A DNA stretch of 62,531 bases, filler included, from Aduncisulcus paluster (taxonomy: Eukaryota): the NCBI GenBank assembly GCA_024181965.1. It is 7 parts of 7 records of this genome, joined end to end, with 100 filler letters (N's around TTAATTAATTAA, not from the genome) between each part and the next. Parts side by side here need not be neighbours in the genome. Positions count along the whole stretch, not along the records: positions 42,995 to 50,259 come from BQXS01013843.1; positions 50,360 to 56,410 come from BQXS01013844.1; positions 56,511 to 62,531 come from BQXS01013851.1; 4 more parts are not named here. One strand, written 5' to 3'. The translations under genes were made by a program, and so were the position numbers. Below the pieces are notes generated by a model, which searched no databases, was not told where the DNA came from, and worked only from the letters and a program-made list of their open reading frames with translations. Of this stretch, positions 48,139-58,556 are shown piece by piece. The number at the start of each line of letters is the position of its first letter. Positions within the stretch are counted from its first letter, which is position 1.

Positions 48139-48836
48139 TGTCTCCAATATTAGGAGCCCAGAGTTTTCAAGTATCACGGCAATATATGGAACCATGGAAG
48201 AAGGTGATAAAGGGTACGATCAGCGCTCCAATGCACAAAAGGTGATGAAAGGAGAGTTTAATAATGGATATTTTACTCACATCTCCTTGCCTTTCTTACC
48301 CTTTTCCCTTCAAGGAAAGGTGCTTACTAAGCATATGTAGTACATATTTCTAAGTAGTCTTTATTCTTGGTGTTCACCTCCATCTTATCTTATTTTCACT
48401 TTTATGGCTTCAAAGGGCAAGAAAATACGTAAAGAATACAAATTTCCTGAATTTTGGGGCTGTCAATGGCATTTTCTTCCTATTGATCTATTTGAAGTTA
48501 TTCTGTGTGAGATTGAAGGGAAAGGAACAGTGGGGTTGGAATATTTGTCGACATTTCATAATCTACTCCCTTGTATTTACTATCCCTGATGAAATCATTG
48601 TGGTTGAACAATTATCTCTTCTACGATGGAAATAAGTCAGTCTGAATGGTATTGTGTGCGATTCTGAACAATACTTTATCCTTCTGGCGAATGCTTAATT
48701 TGTAGCCCATATGGTTCGTGAAAGAAAGAGTCCATGAACATTGGCCAATTGCTGATACATATTCAATGGAAATTAATGATACTACAACAAATAATCAGTT
48801 CAATTTCACCTTTTGGCCATGTTTCATTCAAACATT

Positions 48837-49118
48837 TCTATTTTTAGATTTTCTATTTTTAGAACACCCATTCTCAAATTATGGCTAAAATACAAATTAT
48901 GGGGTTTATTTGGTTAATAATTCATCAAAAGAGGCTTGAAGGCGAATTTAATCAGTCAAAACTTCCAAGAGAAATGAAATTGGAATTCACCTTCCAAAAC
49001 TTCAGAAATCGTTGCTTCTGAAGATATATCGTGAAATTTGGCCCAAAACATTCAGTTTCAGTGTTACTCTATCGGATGACGAAATCAATATTTTAAAAAT
49101 AGATTTTCTAAAAATAGA
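48837..49118. promoter_or_regulatory. Second pair of TCTAW4TAGA dimer motifs, 255 bp apart, in inverted orientation
   Basis: 48837-48863 (TCTATTTTTAGA x2) and 49092-49118 (TTTAAAAATAGA-TTT-TCTAAAAATAGA). Confidence 0.6.
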
Positions 49119-49545
49119 ACCAAACATTTATTTCTTCCCAAAATAATGCCTGGAGATGGAGTAATAAGAGTTTTTTTATGTAGTTATGCTAATGTCTCAA
49201 AGAAGAAATCGTTTTTTAATCCCTCTGTTGTCTGTTCATGCAATCTCCAAATAGAAACAATAAAAGAGTGTTCAATATTCAATGAATAAGATCACCTAGA
49301 CATGTTCTTCCAACCATATGATGTATGGATTGTTGTCTGGCATTTTAAGACGAAAAGAGTACGATTGGCATTCCACAAGCGAAAGTTATCGACAGATGTT
49401 ATCAGGAAGCTTTATTAATTCAAATATTTGATGAGTTGGATGAATAAACGTTGAATAAGGAAGATATACCACAAAATCTATAAATATTCTTCAAGCAATG
49501 ATTTACAATCGAATCATGGCATAATTTTATAACTCTGGTTTGTCT

Positions 49546-50259
49546 CTATTTAAGTCTTATTTCTTCTCTCACATATCTTGGACCGTATGATGATTGTCTT
49601 CCCATGATTTGGGCAGTTGTTGGAATGTGAGAAGCAATATCAAGGAGAACTTCATCGAGGGATGTTGTTCGGGAATCAACATACACCCTAATATAATCAT
49701 CCTCTCCAACTTCATCCTCTCCATCCTCCATCGAGAATGAGATCTCAAAGTTCACAGCTCGATTTTCATCAGTCGGAGATTCTAACCCCATTATACGGAC
49801 AAAGAAGAAACGATTTGAACATACATCTTCGAAAGGATCAGAAATAACACTGCCAGATTGGCCATCATAATATTGTTTGACGTACTTTGGATCATATCCA
49901 TAGGTGGGTTCATTAGAAAACACTGCAGATGATTCAAGACCAGGGAATGCAGATGACATGAGTTTTTCTGAGACAGATCGATGTTTTCCATCATTTGCCA
50001 ACGAAATGATAAAATCTTCACTCGCGAATGATTGGGCATTCCCATCTCTGAGAGCATCAATCTGTCGAATGTTCAATATCCTTCGATTTCCCATAGGACA
50101 TACGAATATTCGGGATCTGCCCTGAATGTCACCTTTCTCAGGCAGAATGACGGAAAATGAGTATGTAACCACGCCTTTATCGGATAATGTTGGAGAAGAA
50201 GAAGACTCGGAGGAATCCATTTGGCCCACAACATTATTTCTATTTCCCATATTCTCTTG
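49546..50259 (-). CDS. Hypothetical protein, C-terminal part (5'-partial)
   Basis: Frame of ~237 codons open to the scaffold end; no family recognised. Confidence 0.7.
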   Translation of the reverse strand, partial: QENMGNRNNVVGQMDSSESSSSPTLSDKGVVTYSFSVILPEKGDIQGRSRIFVCPMGNRRILNIRQIDALRDGNAQSFASEDFIISLANDGKHRSVSEKLMSSAFPGLESSAVFSNEPTYGYDPKYVKQYYDGQSGSVISDPFEDVCSNRFFFVRIMGLESPTDENRAVNFEISFSMEDGEDEVGEDDYIRVYVDSRTTSLDEVLLDIASHIPTTAQIMGRQSSYGPRYVREEIRLK

Positions 50260-50359
50260 NNNNNNNNNNNNNNNNNNNNNNNNNNNNNNNNNNNNNNNNN
50301 NNNTTAATTAATTAANNNNNNNNNNNNNNNNNNNNNNNNNNNNNNNNNNNNNNNNNNNN
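50260..50359. other. Artificial scaffold linker
   Basis: N44-TTAATTAATTAA-N44. Confidence 0.98.
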
Positions 50360-50751
50360 GAAAGAGATAACGATTGATGAAATGGAGATTTTGGAGGATC
50401 TGGAAATTCGTGGTCTTTGAATCCAAAAACACGTATTGAATTATCAGAGCAAGCAGCAAATAAACAATTATAATACCCATCTAAGGTTGATTCTTCATTT
50501 GGAACAAATCTGATAGGGAGTGGAAGCCAACGCATATCAAAGAATCCAAAGGGGAATTCGAGATCCAAATGCTCCGAAGAAATCGACGTTGAATCTTCGA
50601 GCCCATATAGAGATATATTTCCGAGTTTCGTTTGAGAGGTTGGATCATATTCATATGTAGAGAAAGAAAAAACATTTTCAAAACCAGGACAGCAGCAGAT
50701 CTCCGCACAATCAACTGCTTTAGAGGATTTTTTATCCCATATTGTTTCCAT
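50360..50751 (-). CDS. DPH7: Diphthine methylesterase-like WD40 protein (DPH7/WDR85/Rrt2), N-terminal part
   Basis: VDCAEIC..PG..NVFSFSTYE..KLGNISLY..FFDMRW..LFAACSDNSI parallels DPH7 ADSVEWCP..LACGTYQL..RLGRLFLY..ILDMKW..LGLADASGSI. Confidence 0.7.
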
Positions 50752-51056
50752 AATATTGTAAGGAGCCCCAAAAAAGGGAAATCTGTCGGAACGTTTGAAC
50801 CAAGGGATAAAATTGGGCAAATCAGGTAAATAAAGAAAGTTTAGTAGGTGAACATCATTTTTCTTCAGGTTCTATATTCTTGAGATTGTGATTGAATCAC
50901 TTCGGAATTATCCATCCTCTGACTCCAGTTCAGTGACGGTTTTCATTGCGATACGGAAGACATCTCAAAACTTCTGTAAAGTTATATTGTTTATTAGCAA
51001 TAATACACATTGAATACTTCTAATTTGAAATACTTAGCATTAACATTATTTTGTGA

Positions 51057-54000
51057 ATGGGTTCTAATGAAAGTAAGGCTCAATTGAGCGAATCTCTTCG
51101 CCTCCTTGCAAGTAGAAGGTTAGGAAAAGATGAAGTTGATTTCTTTGATAATCTTTTGGCAACTCAATGTACCAGATCTGAACTATTTGCTGTTTTTTCA
51201 CCTGGGGATCTTCGAATAGTATTTCAGAAGGAGCCTTTTAATCTATGCTTTTTATTTAAACGGTGTTTGAATTATATTGAAGATTATGCAAAATTATCAA
51301 AAGAGATTGGAAGTGGAATCCGTGACCCTTCGAAATCTGCCGATGCTTATCAAAAAACTATTCCACCATATGGATCTTATTTGAATGCTGTTCGTGTATT
51401 GACAGCTCTTACTCCCATATTATATGAAGGAATTCAATTGGTACCTCCTAAATATCGAAAGTCCAATATCGCCTATAAATATCTATGTACAGCCTCTAAA
51501 TCCGAAGAAAAAGCAGCTTCAATTGCAGTTCCGACAGAACCTAAGTCAGCTGATGATTCTGCTTATTCATTTTCTGATCCATTGTCAGAAATGGCTGAAA
51601 AAACCTCTCCCTTGGCGAGGGCTGTTCGTGCGACTCTCTCGCTTTGTTTTGTTCCAGGATTCACGTGTGCTGATCCGAGGTACTTTAAGAAGAATCCTAT
51701 TGATGGAAAATACTTGTCTGGACTCCCTATTCCTCCTCCCCATTGTGTGTTATGGGAAAGTGGGCTTCTTGCCAACGTACCTTCTTACGCTCAGCCTCCA
51801 ACAAGACATGAAATTAGATATGAAGTTCTTTCCCTTATGTTGGTTCTTATTTGTGGCGATGTCTTTAAGTTTGAAGAAGAGGTTGCAAAACGTACCCCCC
51901 ATGAATGCTCACCTGAGCTTGGTATGTGTGCTCTGAATCAATGTGATCCTGGAGAATTGTTCGCATTCTTTGTGTCTGTGCTCAACTATGTCGGTACTTA
52001 TCCCCAGACTATCAAGGACTGGACCTCAGCTGGTCTTGACAGTGATATTGAGGGTCCTGCTCGTGTTCTGGCACTCGGATTGCGTATCGTGACAATATCT
52101 CTCACATCATTCCCTGATGATGAGCTCCGTGTGGCTGTCAGAAATGCCCTCTGTCATGGGCTCCCACCCCAGGCTGGAATTGACGCTGTTCAGGGTCAAG
52201 GTGTGCTCGAAGGAGGTGTGAAGGGATGGTTAGAACGTGAAAAGGACAAAGAAAGCGAGAGTGTTGGAATGGGTAGCAGTATAGCGCGGAGGAAACTCCT
52301 AGAACAACAAAGAAAGAGACGACGCAGTCATTCGGGTGGTGCAGGGCTTGCTTCGGAGTATGGAGAAGGGTTTGAGCATGAACGTGACTCTGTTTTGAAG
52401 CGGAAATATGGAAGTGTGAGTGCGACAGGATTGCCAACAGCCATTCGTTCAGGGCAACCTCTTGCCATGACAGCTGAGTCTTCCACGGCTTCTAGGCTAT
52501 ATGATGAGGACGATATTGGTCGAATGGGACTGATGCTTCGGTTTTTGCAGTTTATTTCGGCTCAGGCAGCAGCTCGTTTCATTATTAATGGACTTACGTC
52601 TATCATAACCAGTGTTGTTGTCCACGAAGATGAAAACCATGGCAAACATCGTGAGTCATTCATGCAGAACGATTGCATCCTCCCCCCTCTGCCTGAGAGC
52701 ATAGCTTTCCTTCTCTTAATGCTTCACACAACTACTGTGCTTAATGTGCTTGATCAGATGCCTGTCACGCCTCATTTGGTCAAGAATCTGTGCTGTCTTA
52801 TTGAGATAAGCTCTCGTGGCAATAACATCTCTTATATTCCACCCAGAGGCTCTCTTCTAAGATACCACGCCACTTGTATCCCTGCTCTCCCTTTCTTGTG
52901 CTCTTACGTGCTTGTTTTAGTCTCTAGAAGGAGAAAAATATGCAACGCTCTCAACATCCGTGAGAACAGATGCTCAGTGCCCTTGATGGATCGTAATTGC
53001 TTTGCTAGAAGGTACAATCGAGTCACGGTACCTGCAAGAAGAATAGGCAATCGTGGGGTGACCATATCGCCCGATTCATTGGCGGGAATGTCTGAGAAAC
53101 CTCCTCTCCTGGACGAACATGGGAACCCTCTTGCATATACCATTGTAGAAGCCTGTGATGAAATTGAGGAAAGAATGGCTAAAGCACAGACTGGGGGATG
53201 GCTCGATGGGGCTCTTTCTTGGGGAAAAGGAATATGGAGCTTCGGAAAACGCATTGTCATGGGATACGAGAAAGATAAAGGAGTTTTGACAAAGTTTTTG
53301 AACTCTGATCCCCAGTTTTTCAGTGATATGATTATGCATCGTCTTATTATTGCGATGGCTCGCTTGGCTCTCTCCCATAATTCTGCTGGACCCCTTGTTA
53401 GTTCTATTCTGACTAACCTTGCTCCTTTCGCCCGTTTTATTTCCCTTAGAACCTGTTCTTCCTTGTGCATCTTGGTGGAGGAGCTCGGAAGTCTTGGTGT
53501 CCGTCAACTTTCCTCTGTCCAACGTGCTGTGTTGTTCTATGCGGTGGAATCTCTCCATCTGTTGGCAGAGCACACTCTTCAGGGGAATGCCGTTCTCTCT
53601 CTAGCCCTCGGGGAAGTCCGTCCTACCCTTGAGGCTCTTCTTGAAGCTGGTGATGTCGCCAGGGAAGTTGTTGAAAGAGTGGAGGATGAGGTCGAGGCTG
53701 AAGAGGAAAAGAGACGGAAAGAAGAAGAAGAAGAAGAAGAGGGAGAGGATGGGGATATGAAGAAAAAAGAGGAAGAAGAGAAAGAAGAAAAGAGAGAGGA
53801 TGCAGAAGAAATGAGAGAANNNNNNNNNNNNNNNNNNNNTTCTTCCTTGTGCATCTTGGTGGAGGAGCTCGGAAGTCTTGGTGTCCGTCAACTTTCCTCT
53901 GTCCAACGTGCTGTGTTGTTCTATGCGGTGGAATCTCTCCATCTGTTGGCAGAGCACACTCTTCAGGGGAATGCCGTTCTCTCTCTAGCCCTCGGGGAAG

Positions 54001-55136
54001 TCCGTCCTACCCTTGAGGCTCTTCTTGAAGCTGGTGATGTCGCCAGGGAAGTTGTTGAAAGAGTGGAGGATGAGGTCGAGGCTGAAGAGGAAAAGAGACG
54101 GAAAGAAGAAGAAGAAGAAGAGGGAGAGGATGGGGATATGAAGAAAAAAGAGGAAGAAGAGAAAGAAGAAAAGAGAGAGGATGCAGAAGAAATGAGAGAA
54201 AAGAGGAACAAATCATCGAAATCCAAATCGAAGAAGAGAGAACGTCACCAACCCTGTTATCCTCCTTCTATACCCCTCACATCGTCCCAATTCCTTGGAG
54301 ATCTTCCCTTAACTCCTTTGTTGACAATCATGAATGCCATCAAGGAAGACATTATCCAGCGTCCTATCTCCCTGCGACGTGGTCTTACTCCCTTCGATGC
54401 TGTTGTTGAGAGAGTGGAGAGTATATCTCTGACTGGCCTGTTGTCATACACTTCTTTGCCTCCAAGCATCCATTATAATCCCTCAAGGATCGCTGACATG
54501 TGGCTCTGGGTCTTTATGTGGGCATGTGTATTTACTGCGTATAGTGGCTCTTCATGTTCTCCTCCATTACTCGATGGGAGAGGTGTGCGGTTGTTCCCCG
54601 TTGTGACCCCCGTTGGAAGGTCCAATCCACACAATTCCCATGAGGCTGAGAACAAAAGGATCAACTACGCCACATGTGTGGAGGATGTGCTTGACGATGA
54701 GAGCAGTGGTGGGTCTGACTTGAGTGAGACTGAAGATGAGGAGAGGAAGAAGGAGGAGGCAAAGAGAAAAAAGGAAAGGAAGAAGGAAGAAGTCGTTAAG
54801 AAAGATATCGAAGGAAAGGAAGAGAAAGTTGAAGAAATGGAGAAAGTTGAAGAAATGGAGAAAGTTGAAGAAATGGAGAAAGTTGAAGAAATGGAGAAAG
54901 TTGAAGAAGGAGAGAAGGGAGAAGAAGAAATGAAGGGAGAAGAAGAAGAAGAGGAGGAGGAGGAAGAGGAAGAGGAAGATAAGGAAGATGTTGGAGAGAA
55001 CAAGGAAACTCTTGAATCTGTAAGGCCAAAGGAAGAAGAGGAAGAGGAGGAGGAAGATAAGGATAAATCGCTTCAGGAAGATAAAGAGACTATTGAAAAG
55101 GGTGAGCCTTCTGAAGGATCTTCAGATGTTAGATGA
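51057..55136 (+). CDS. HID1: HID1/Ecm30 (dymeclin superfamily) Golgi protein, predicted N-myristoylated, acidic tail; ~360 bp duplicated at a gap
   Basis: MGSNESK start, ELFAVFSPGDLR..EPFNL, LNAVRVLT.LTPILYE, LCFVPGFT, C-terminal W..FMW..F..PPLLDG..VRLF; (KVEEME)x4 in the tail. Confidence 0.9.
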   Translation: MGSNESKAQLSESLRLLASRRLGKDEVDFFDNLLATQCTRSELFAVFSPGDLRIVFQKEPFNLCFLFKRCLNYIEDYAKLSKEIGSGIRDPSKSADAYQKTIPPYGSYLNAVRVLTALTPILYEGIQLVPPKYRKSNIAYKYLCTASKSEEKAASIAVPTEPKSADDSAYSFSDPLSEMAEKTSPLARAVRATLSLCFVPGFTCADPRYFKKNPIDGKYLSGLPIPPPHCVLWESGLLANVPSYAQPPTRHEIRYEVLSLMLVLICGDVFKFEEEVAKRTPHECSPELGMCALNQCDPGELFAFFVSVLNYVGTYPQTIKDWTSAGLDSDIEGPARVLALGLRIVTISLTSFPDDELRVAVRNALCHGLPPQAGIDAVQGQGVLEGGVKGWLEREKDKESESVGMGSSIARRKLLEQQRKRRRSHSGGAGLASEYGEGFEHERDSVLKRKYGSVSATGLPTAIRSGQPLAMTAESSTASRLYDEDDIGRMGLMLRFLQFISAQAAARFIINGLTSIITSVVVHEDENHGKHRESFMQNDCILPPLPESIAFLLLMLHTTTVLNVLDQMPVTPHLVKNLCCLIEISSRGNNISYIPPRGSLLRYHATCIPALPFLCSYVLVLVSRRRKICNALNIRENRCSVPLMDRNCFARRYNRVTVPARRIGNRGVTISPDSLAGMSEKPPLLDEHGNPLAYTIVEACDEIEERMAKAQTGGWLDGALSWGKGIWSFGKRIVMGYEKDKGVLTKFLNSDPQFFSDMIMHRLIIAMARLALSHNSAGPLVSSILTNLAPFARFISLRTCSSLCILVEELGSLGVRQLSSVQRAVLFYAVESLHLLAEHTLQGNAVLSLALGEVRPTLEALLEAGDVAREVVERVEDEVEAEEEKRRKEEEEEEEGEDGDMKKKEEEEKEEKREDAEEMREXXXXXXXSSLCILVEELGSLGVRQLSSVQRAVLFYAVESLHLLAEHTLQGNAVLSLALGEVRPTLEALLEAGDVAREVVERVEDEVEAEEEKRRKEEEEEEGEDGDMKKKEEEEKEEKREDAEEMREKRNKSSKSKSKKRERHQPCYPPSIPLTSSQFLGDLPLTPLLTIMNAIKEDIIQRPISLRRGLTPFDAVVERVESISLTGLLSYTSLPPSIHYNPSRIADMWLWVFMWACVFTAYSGSSCSPPLLDGRGVRLFPVVTPVGRSNPHNSHEAENKRINYATCVEDVLDDESSGGSDLSETEDEERKKEEAKRKKERKKEEVVKKDIEGKEEKVEEMEKVEEMEKVEEMEKVEEMEKVEEGEKGEEEMKGEEEEEEEEEEEEEDKEDVGENKETLESVRPKEEEEEEEEDKDKSLQEDKETIEKGEPSEGSSDVR

Positions 55137-55764
55137 GAAGAAATGAATTGAAATTCGTTTTTATTTTAGTTTTTATCCTTTATGTTGTTTAAATCCATAT
55201 TCAGATTCATTTTGTTATAAATATTTATTTCCAATATACACTGTGTTGATATGTCTTTGCTTATGATCTATTCTTTTTCCTTCATCGAGATATTGAATCT
55301 CTCCTTTACGATTTCCACCAGACATGGTGTAAAACATGCCATACGTTGTAATACAATGATTGTATGATGGACATTCATATCCTTTCATTGGGATTTTATC
55401 GAGTAAAATAGTGTGGAAAATCGCTTCGTTTCTCGTTCCTTGTCGAATTGAAACAATAAATGTTTTGGAATCTCGATTCCCTTTCCACTTGAAGAAGAAA
55501 GTCAACGAACAGCAGTTCATGGTTTATTTATCTTTTAAAGGACTTCATATTGATGGAGATAACGTTCTAAACACTTCCTTGTGAGAACTAATATCTCTCA
55601 ATCAGCCCAGAATATATGTTTAATTGGAACCGAAACTATAGACAATCAAACTATTCAACACGATTTCAGAATATTCAAAACTACCATAAATCACAACTTC
55701 TGGGAAGAAAATCCAATATAAATGACACATATAACGCGAAAGGAACAAAAATATTTTTTACATT

Positions 55765-55791
55765 TCTATTTTTAGAAATTCTATTTTTAGA
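55765..55791. promoter_or_regulatory. Fifth TCTATTTTTAGA dimer motif (unpaired)
   Basis: TCTATTTTTAGA-AAT-TCTATTTTTAGA, ~145 bp 3' of the subfamily A gene ending at 55937. Confidence 0.55.
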
Positions 55792-55936
55792 ATTCCGCTT
55801 TTCAAAATCCATAGAAAACGAAGAAATATCCTAGAAAATGGGGGATAAATTGCATGTATTGAGTCAAAATCAATGGAAAATGCAACAATGAAAAGTGTTT
55901 TCTCTTTTGAGATATTTCTTTAACAATTTTTGATGA

Positions 55937-56410
55937 TCATTCTTCACTTTCTTTTTCTTTTTCATCCTTTGATACAGATAATTCAGTAATATCTTGGGAA
56001 TATCGATCGATTATTTCACTTTCATCTGGCATTGTAAAAACAAGGGAATAGATTTCGAAACATCTACTATTCCTCTCCGACCATGTCCCTTTCCCTTCAA
56101 TTTCACATAAAACAACATTCAACAAATTAATAGGAAGGAAGAACCAAATAAAAAGATTTTCTGGTTCAACAAATTCATATTTCTTGCACACTCTCTTTCC
56201 ATCAGAATCAGAGAAAATGAAGAGAAGTGACCTTGGAACGTGATACATTCCCACACAGATATAAGCACCTTTCACATGGCTAGGAGACGAAAAAGGAATA
56301 GAAAGATGGGATAATAAAACCGATTCATACTCGGTTGCTCGCTCAAACCTACATCCTTTTTCTAACAACTTTTGGGAAGAAACATACCGCTTAGAGTCCA
56401 TAATTCGCGT
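55937..56410 (-). CDS. Subfamily A protein, C-terminal domain (probably 5'-partial)
   Basis: LSHLSIPFSSPSHVKGAYICV..SLLFIF..GKRVCKKYEF..WFFLPINL.NVVLCEIEGKGTW..SLVFT. Confidence 0.85.
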   Translation of the reverse strand, partial: TRIMDSKRYVSSQKLLEKGCRFERATEYESVLLSHLSIPFSSPSHVKGAYICVGMYHVPRSLLFIFSDSDGKRVCKKYEFVEPENLFIWFFLPINLLNVVLCEIEGKGTWSERNSRCFEIYSLVFTMPDESEIIDRYSQDITELSVSKDEKEKESEE

Positions 56411-56510
56411 NNNNNNNNNNNNNNNNNNNNNNNNNNNNNNNNNNNNNNNNNNNNTTAATTAATTAANNNNNNNNNNNNNNNNNNNNNNNNNNNNNNNNNN
56501 NNNNNNNNNN
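56411..56510. other. Artificial scaffold linker
   Basis: N44-TTAATTAATTAA-N44. Confidence 0.98.
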
Positions 56511-56511
56511 A

Positions 56512-57967
56512 GAAGAAATTGTTGTCCAAACTACAGCCCGAAGGAGGAAGAAGAATGCCGGAAAAGGAGCTGAAAGTGATAAAGAAGAAGAAGAAATTGA
56601 GAAAGATCAGGGATCTCCGCAGTTATCTTTCTCAGATTCTGTTGACATGGATCAAGAAGAAAATGCCCATTTGTCAAAGATAAAAATATACTCTCCGCCT
56701 CGTCTAATTATATCTATTTCTCACCTATCAATGCCGGAATTCTTTATTTCTTCCCTGGTTGAATTTGCTGAGAAACATCCTCATCTCGTTCAAAATAGAA
56801 GAATTCCCTTACTTCTAAAAATATCTCTCATTGAGAAAGTAGAAGAAGAATGCCGGAAAAGGAGCTGAAAGTGATAAAGAAGAAGAAGAAATTGAGAAAG
56901 ATCAGGGATCTCCGCAGTTATCTTTCTCAGATTCTGTTGACATGGATCAAGAAGAAAATGCCCATTTGTCAAAGATAAAAATATACTCTCCGCCTCGTCT
57001 AATTATATCTATTTCTCACCTATCAATGCCGGAATTCTTTATTTCTTCCCTGGTTGAATTTGCTGAGAAACATCCTCATCTCGTTCAAAATAGAAGAATT
57101 CCCTTACTTCTAAAAATATCTCTCATTGAGAAAGTAGAAGAAGAAGATGATGATTGTTCAAGACATTCTCACCGTAGCAAATTATTCAGCCGTCGGAAAG
57201 ATCGAAGAGGAAAATCTCTCTCACCCGGTTGTGACAGGTGTAGTAATCATTGCAATAGTAATCCTATATTCTCTGTGTATGACAATGATGATATGGGTAT
57301 TGGGAGTTTTTTGTATGATAGGTATCAGACAAGAATTGGAGGAGAAATAGGGAAAGAGTATGCCGGAAAAGAGTATGCCGGAAAAGAGTATGCCGGAAAA
57401 GAGTATATTGCCCCTATTCTAGAAGAAGATGACCATGAATCCTCTTCTTCTTCTTCTTCCTCCATTGGTCAAATTGATCAACGAATGTGTCTGTTACTGA
57501 GTGATGAAGAGGACTCTTTCGAGAAATCGTTGTGCAAACAAACAGATACATGCCGTAATGCGATAGAAATAGCTACAACAATGTGTGGAATTTTATTGCC
57601 GGAAAGAAGTCCTCCTGATGAACTCCAGAATGTCAGTACGAAGATAATAGTCAATTTGGAACGTGATATGGAATATAATTTCCAAGATAGTTACCTCGAT
57701 ATTCTATTTTTAGTTCCCAGTGATGAGAATGTTGAACGAATGGATGAAGAGTCGATCGACCTCGATTCCGGCAAAATAGATGAAGAAGAGGAAGTACAAA
57801 TATCAGCTTCTTCAACGTTTTTATGTTTCCATATTCCTCTTTTATTGATGCATTTCACTGGAATGTTCAACGGATGGGTTAGGGGTGCCGAAGGGCAAGG
57901 AGTTGTTAAAGTGAAGGCTCACGTTGTAGACGAAACAAAAGAACATGAAAAACAAGGAGAAAAGTAA
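56512..57967 (+). CDS. Hypothetical protein, C-terminal part; 295-bp internal duplication shifts the frame; (GKEYA)x3 repeat
   Basis: Frame open from 56512; ORFs at 56647 and 56942 start identically; 3' end duplicated again after gap 58082-58101. Confidence 0.65.
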
Positions 57968-58556
57968 TTTGTAAATCTATTTTTATCAATAATTTTTGTC
58001 ATTTTTGTCCTTTTGCTTCTTTTGTGTTTCTGCGACTTTTTTCTTCTTGCTGTTACAATGTACAAAATTCATACGACAAATNNNNNNNNNNNNNNNNNNN
58101 NAGAAGAGGAAGTACAAATATCAGCTTCTTCAACGTTTTTATGTTTCCATATTCCTCTTTTATTGATGCATTTCACTGGAATGTTCAACGGATGGGTTAT
58201 GGGTGCCGAAGGGCAAGGAGTTGTTAAAGTGAAGGCTCACGTTGTAGACGAAACAAAAGAACATGAAAAACAAGGAGAAAAGTAATTTGTAAATCTATTT
58301 TTATCAATAATTTTTGTCATTTTTGTCCTTTTGCGTCTTTTGTGTTTCTGCGACTTTTTTCTTCTTGCTGTTACAATGTACAAAATTCATACGACAAATC
58401 CACTATGGTCCCGACTACCTACAACTTGTAGGCCTATTGATCCCATACTATAGTATATAGGATGACAAGCAAATTTATTTTTATTAGAATAAAAGAATAC
58501 CGGTAATCACCGGTTGATATCGGTATTCTCAGTCCTGAGGCGATTTGATAACCTTC

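Larger units (their letters stand above)
46580..48635 (+). pseudogene. Subfamily A gene interrupted by a transposon and further decayed
   Basis: YEGFGDCCPIP..DVSN before the insert rejoins IRSPEFSSITAIYGTMEEGDKGYDQ after it, collinear with CCPIPGDAPNIKIPEFPTIKAIDGTKEEGDEKYDQ of 13548; stops and frameshifts; ends EQLSLLRWK*. Confidence 0.9.

Noticed and set aside
54665..55029. Poly-Ser/Leu/Phe antisense ORFs (here and across the window)
   Set aside because: Shadows of GAR-rich coding sequence on the opposite strand
55215..55520. 101-aa minus-strand ORF
   Set aside because: No motif and no supporting context
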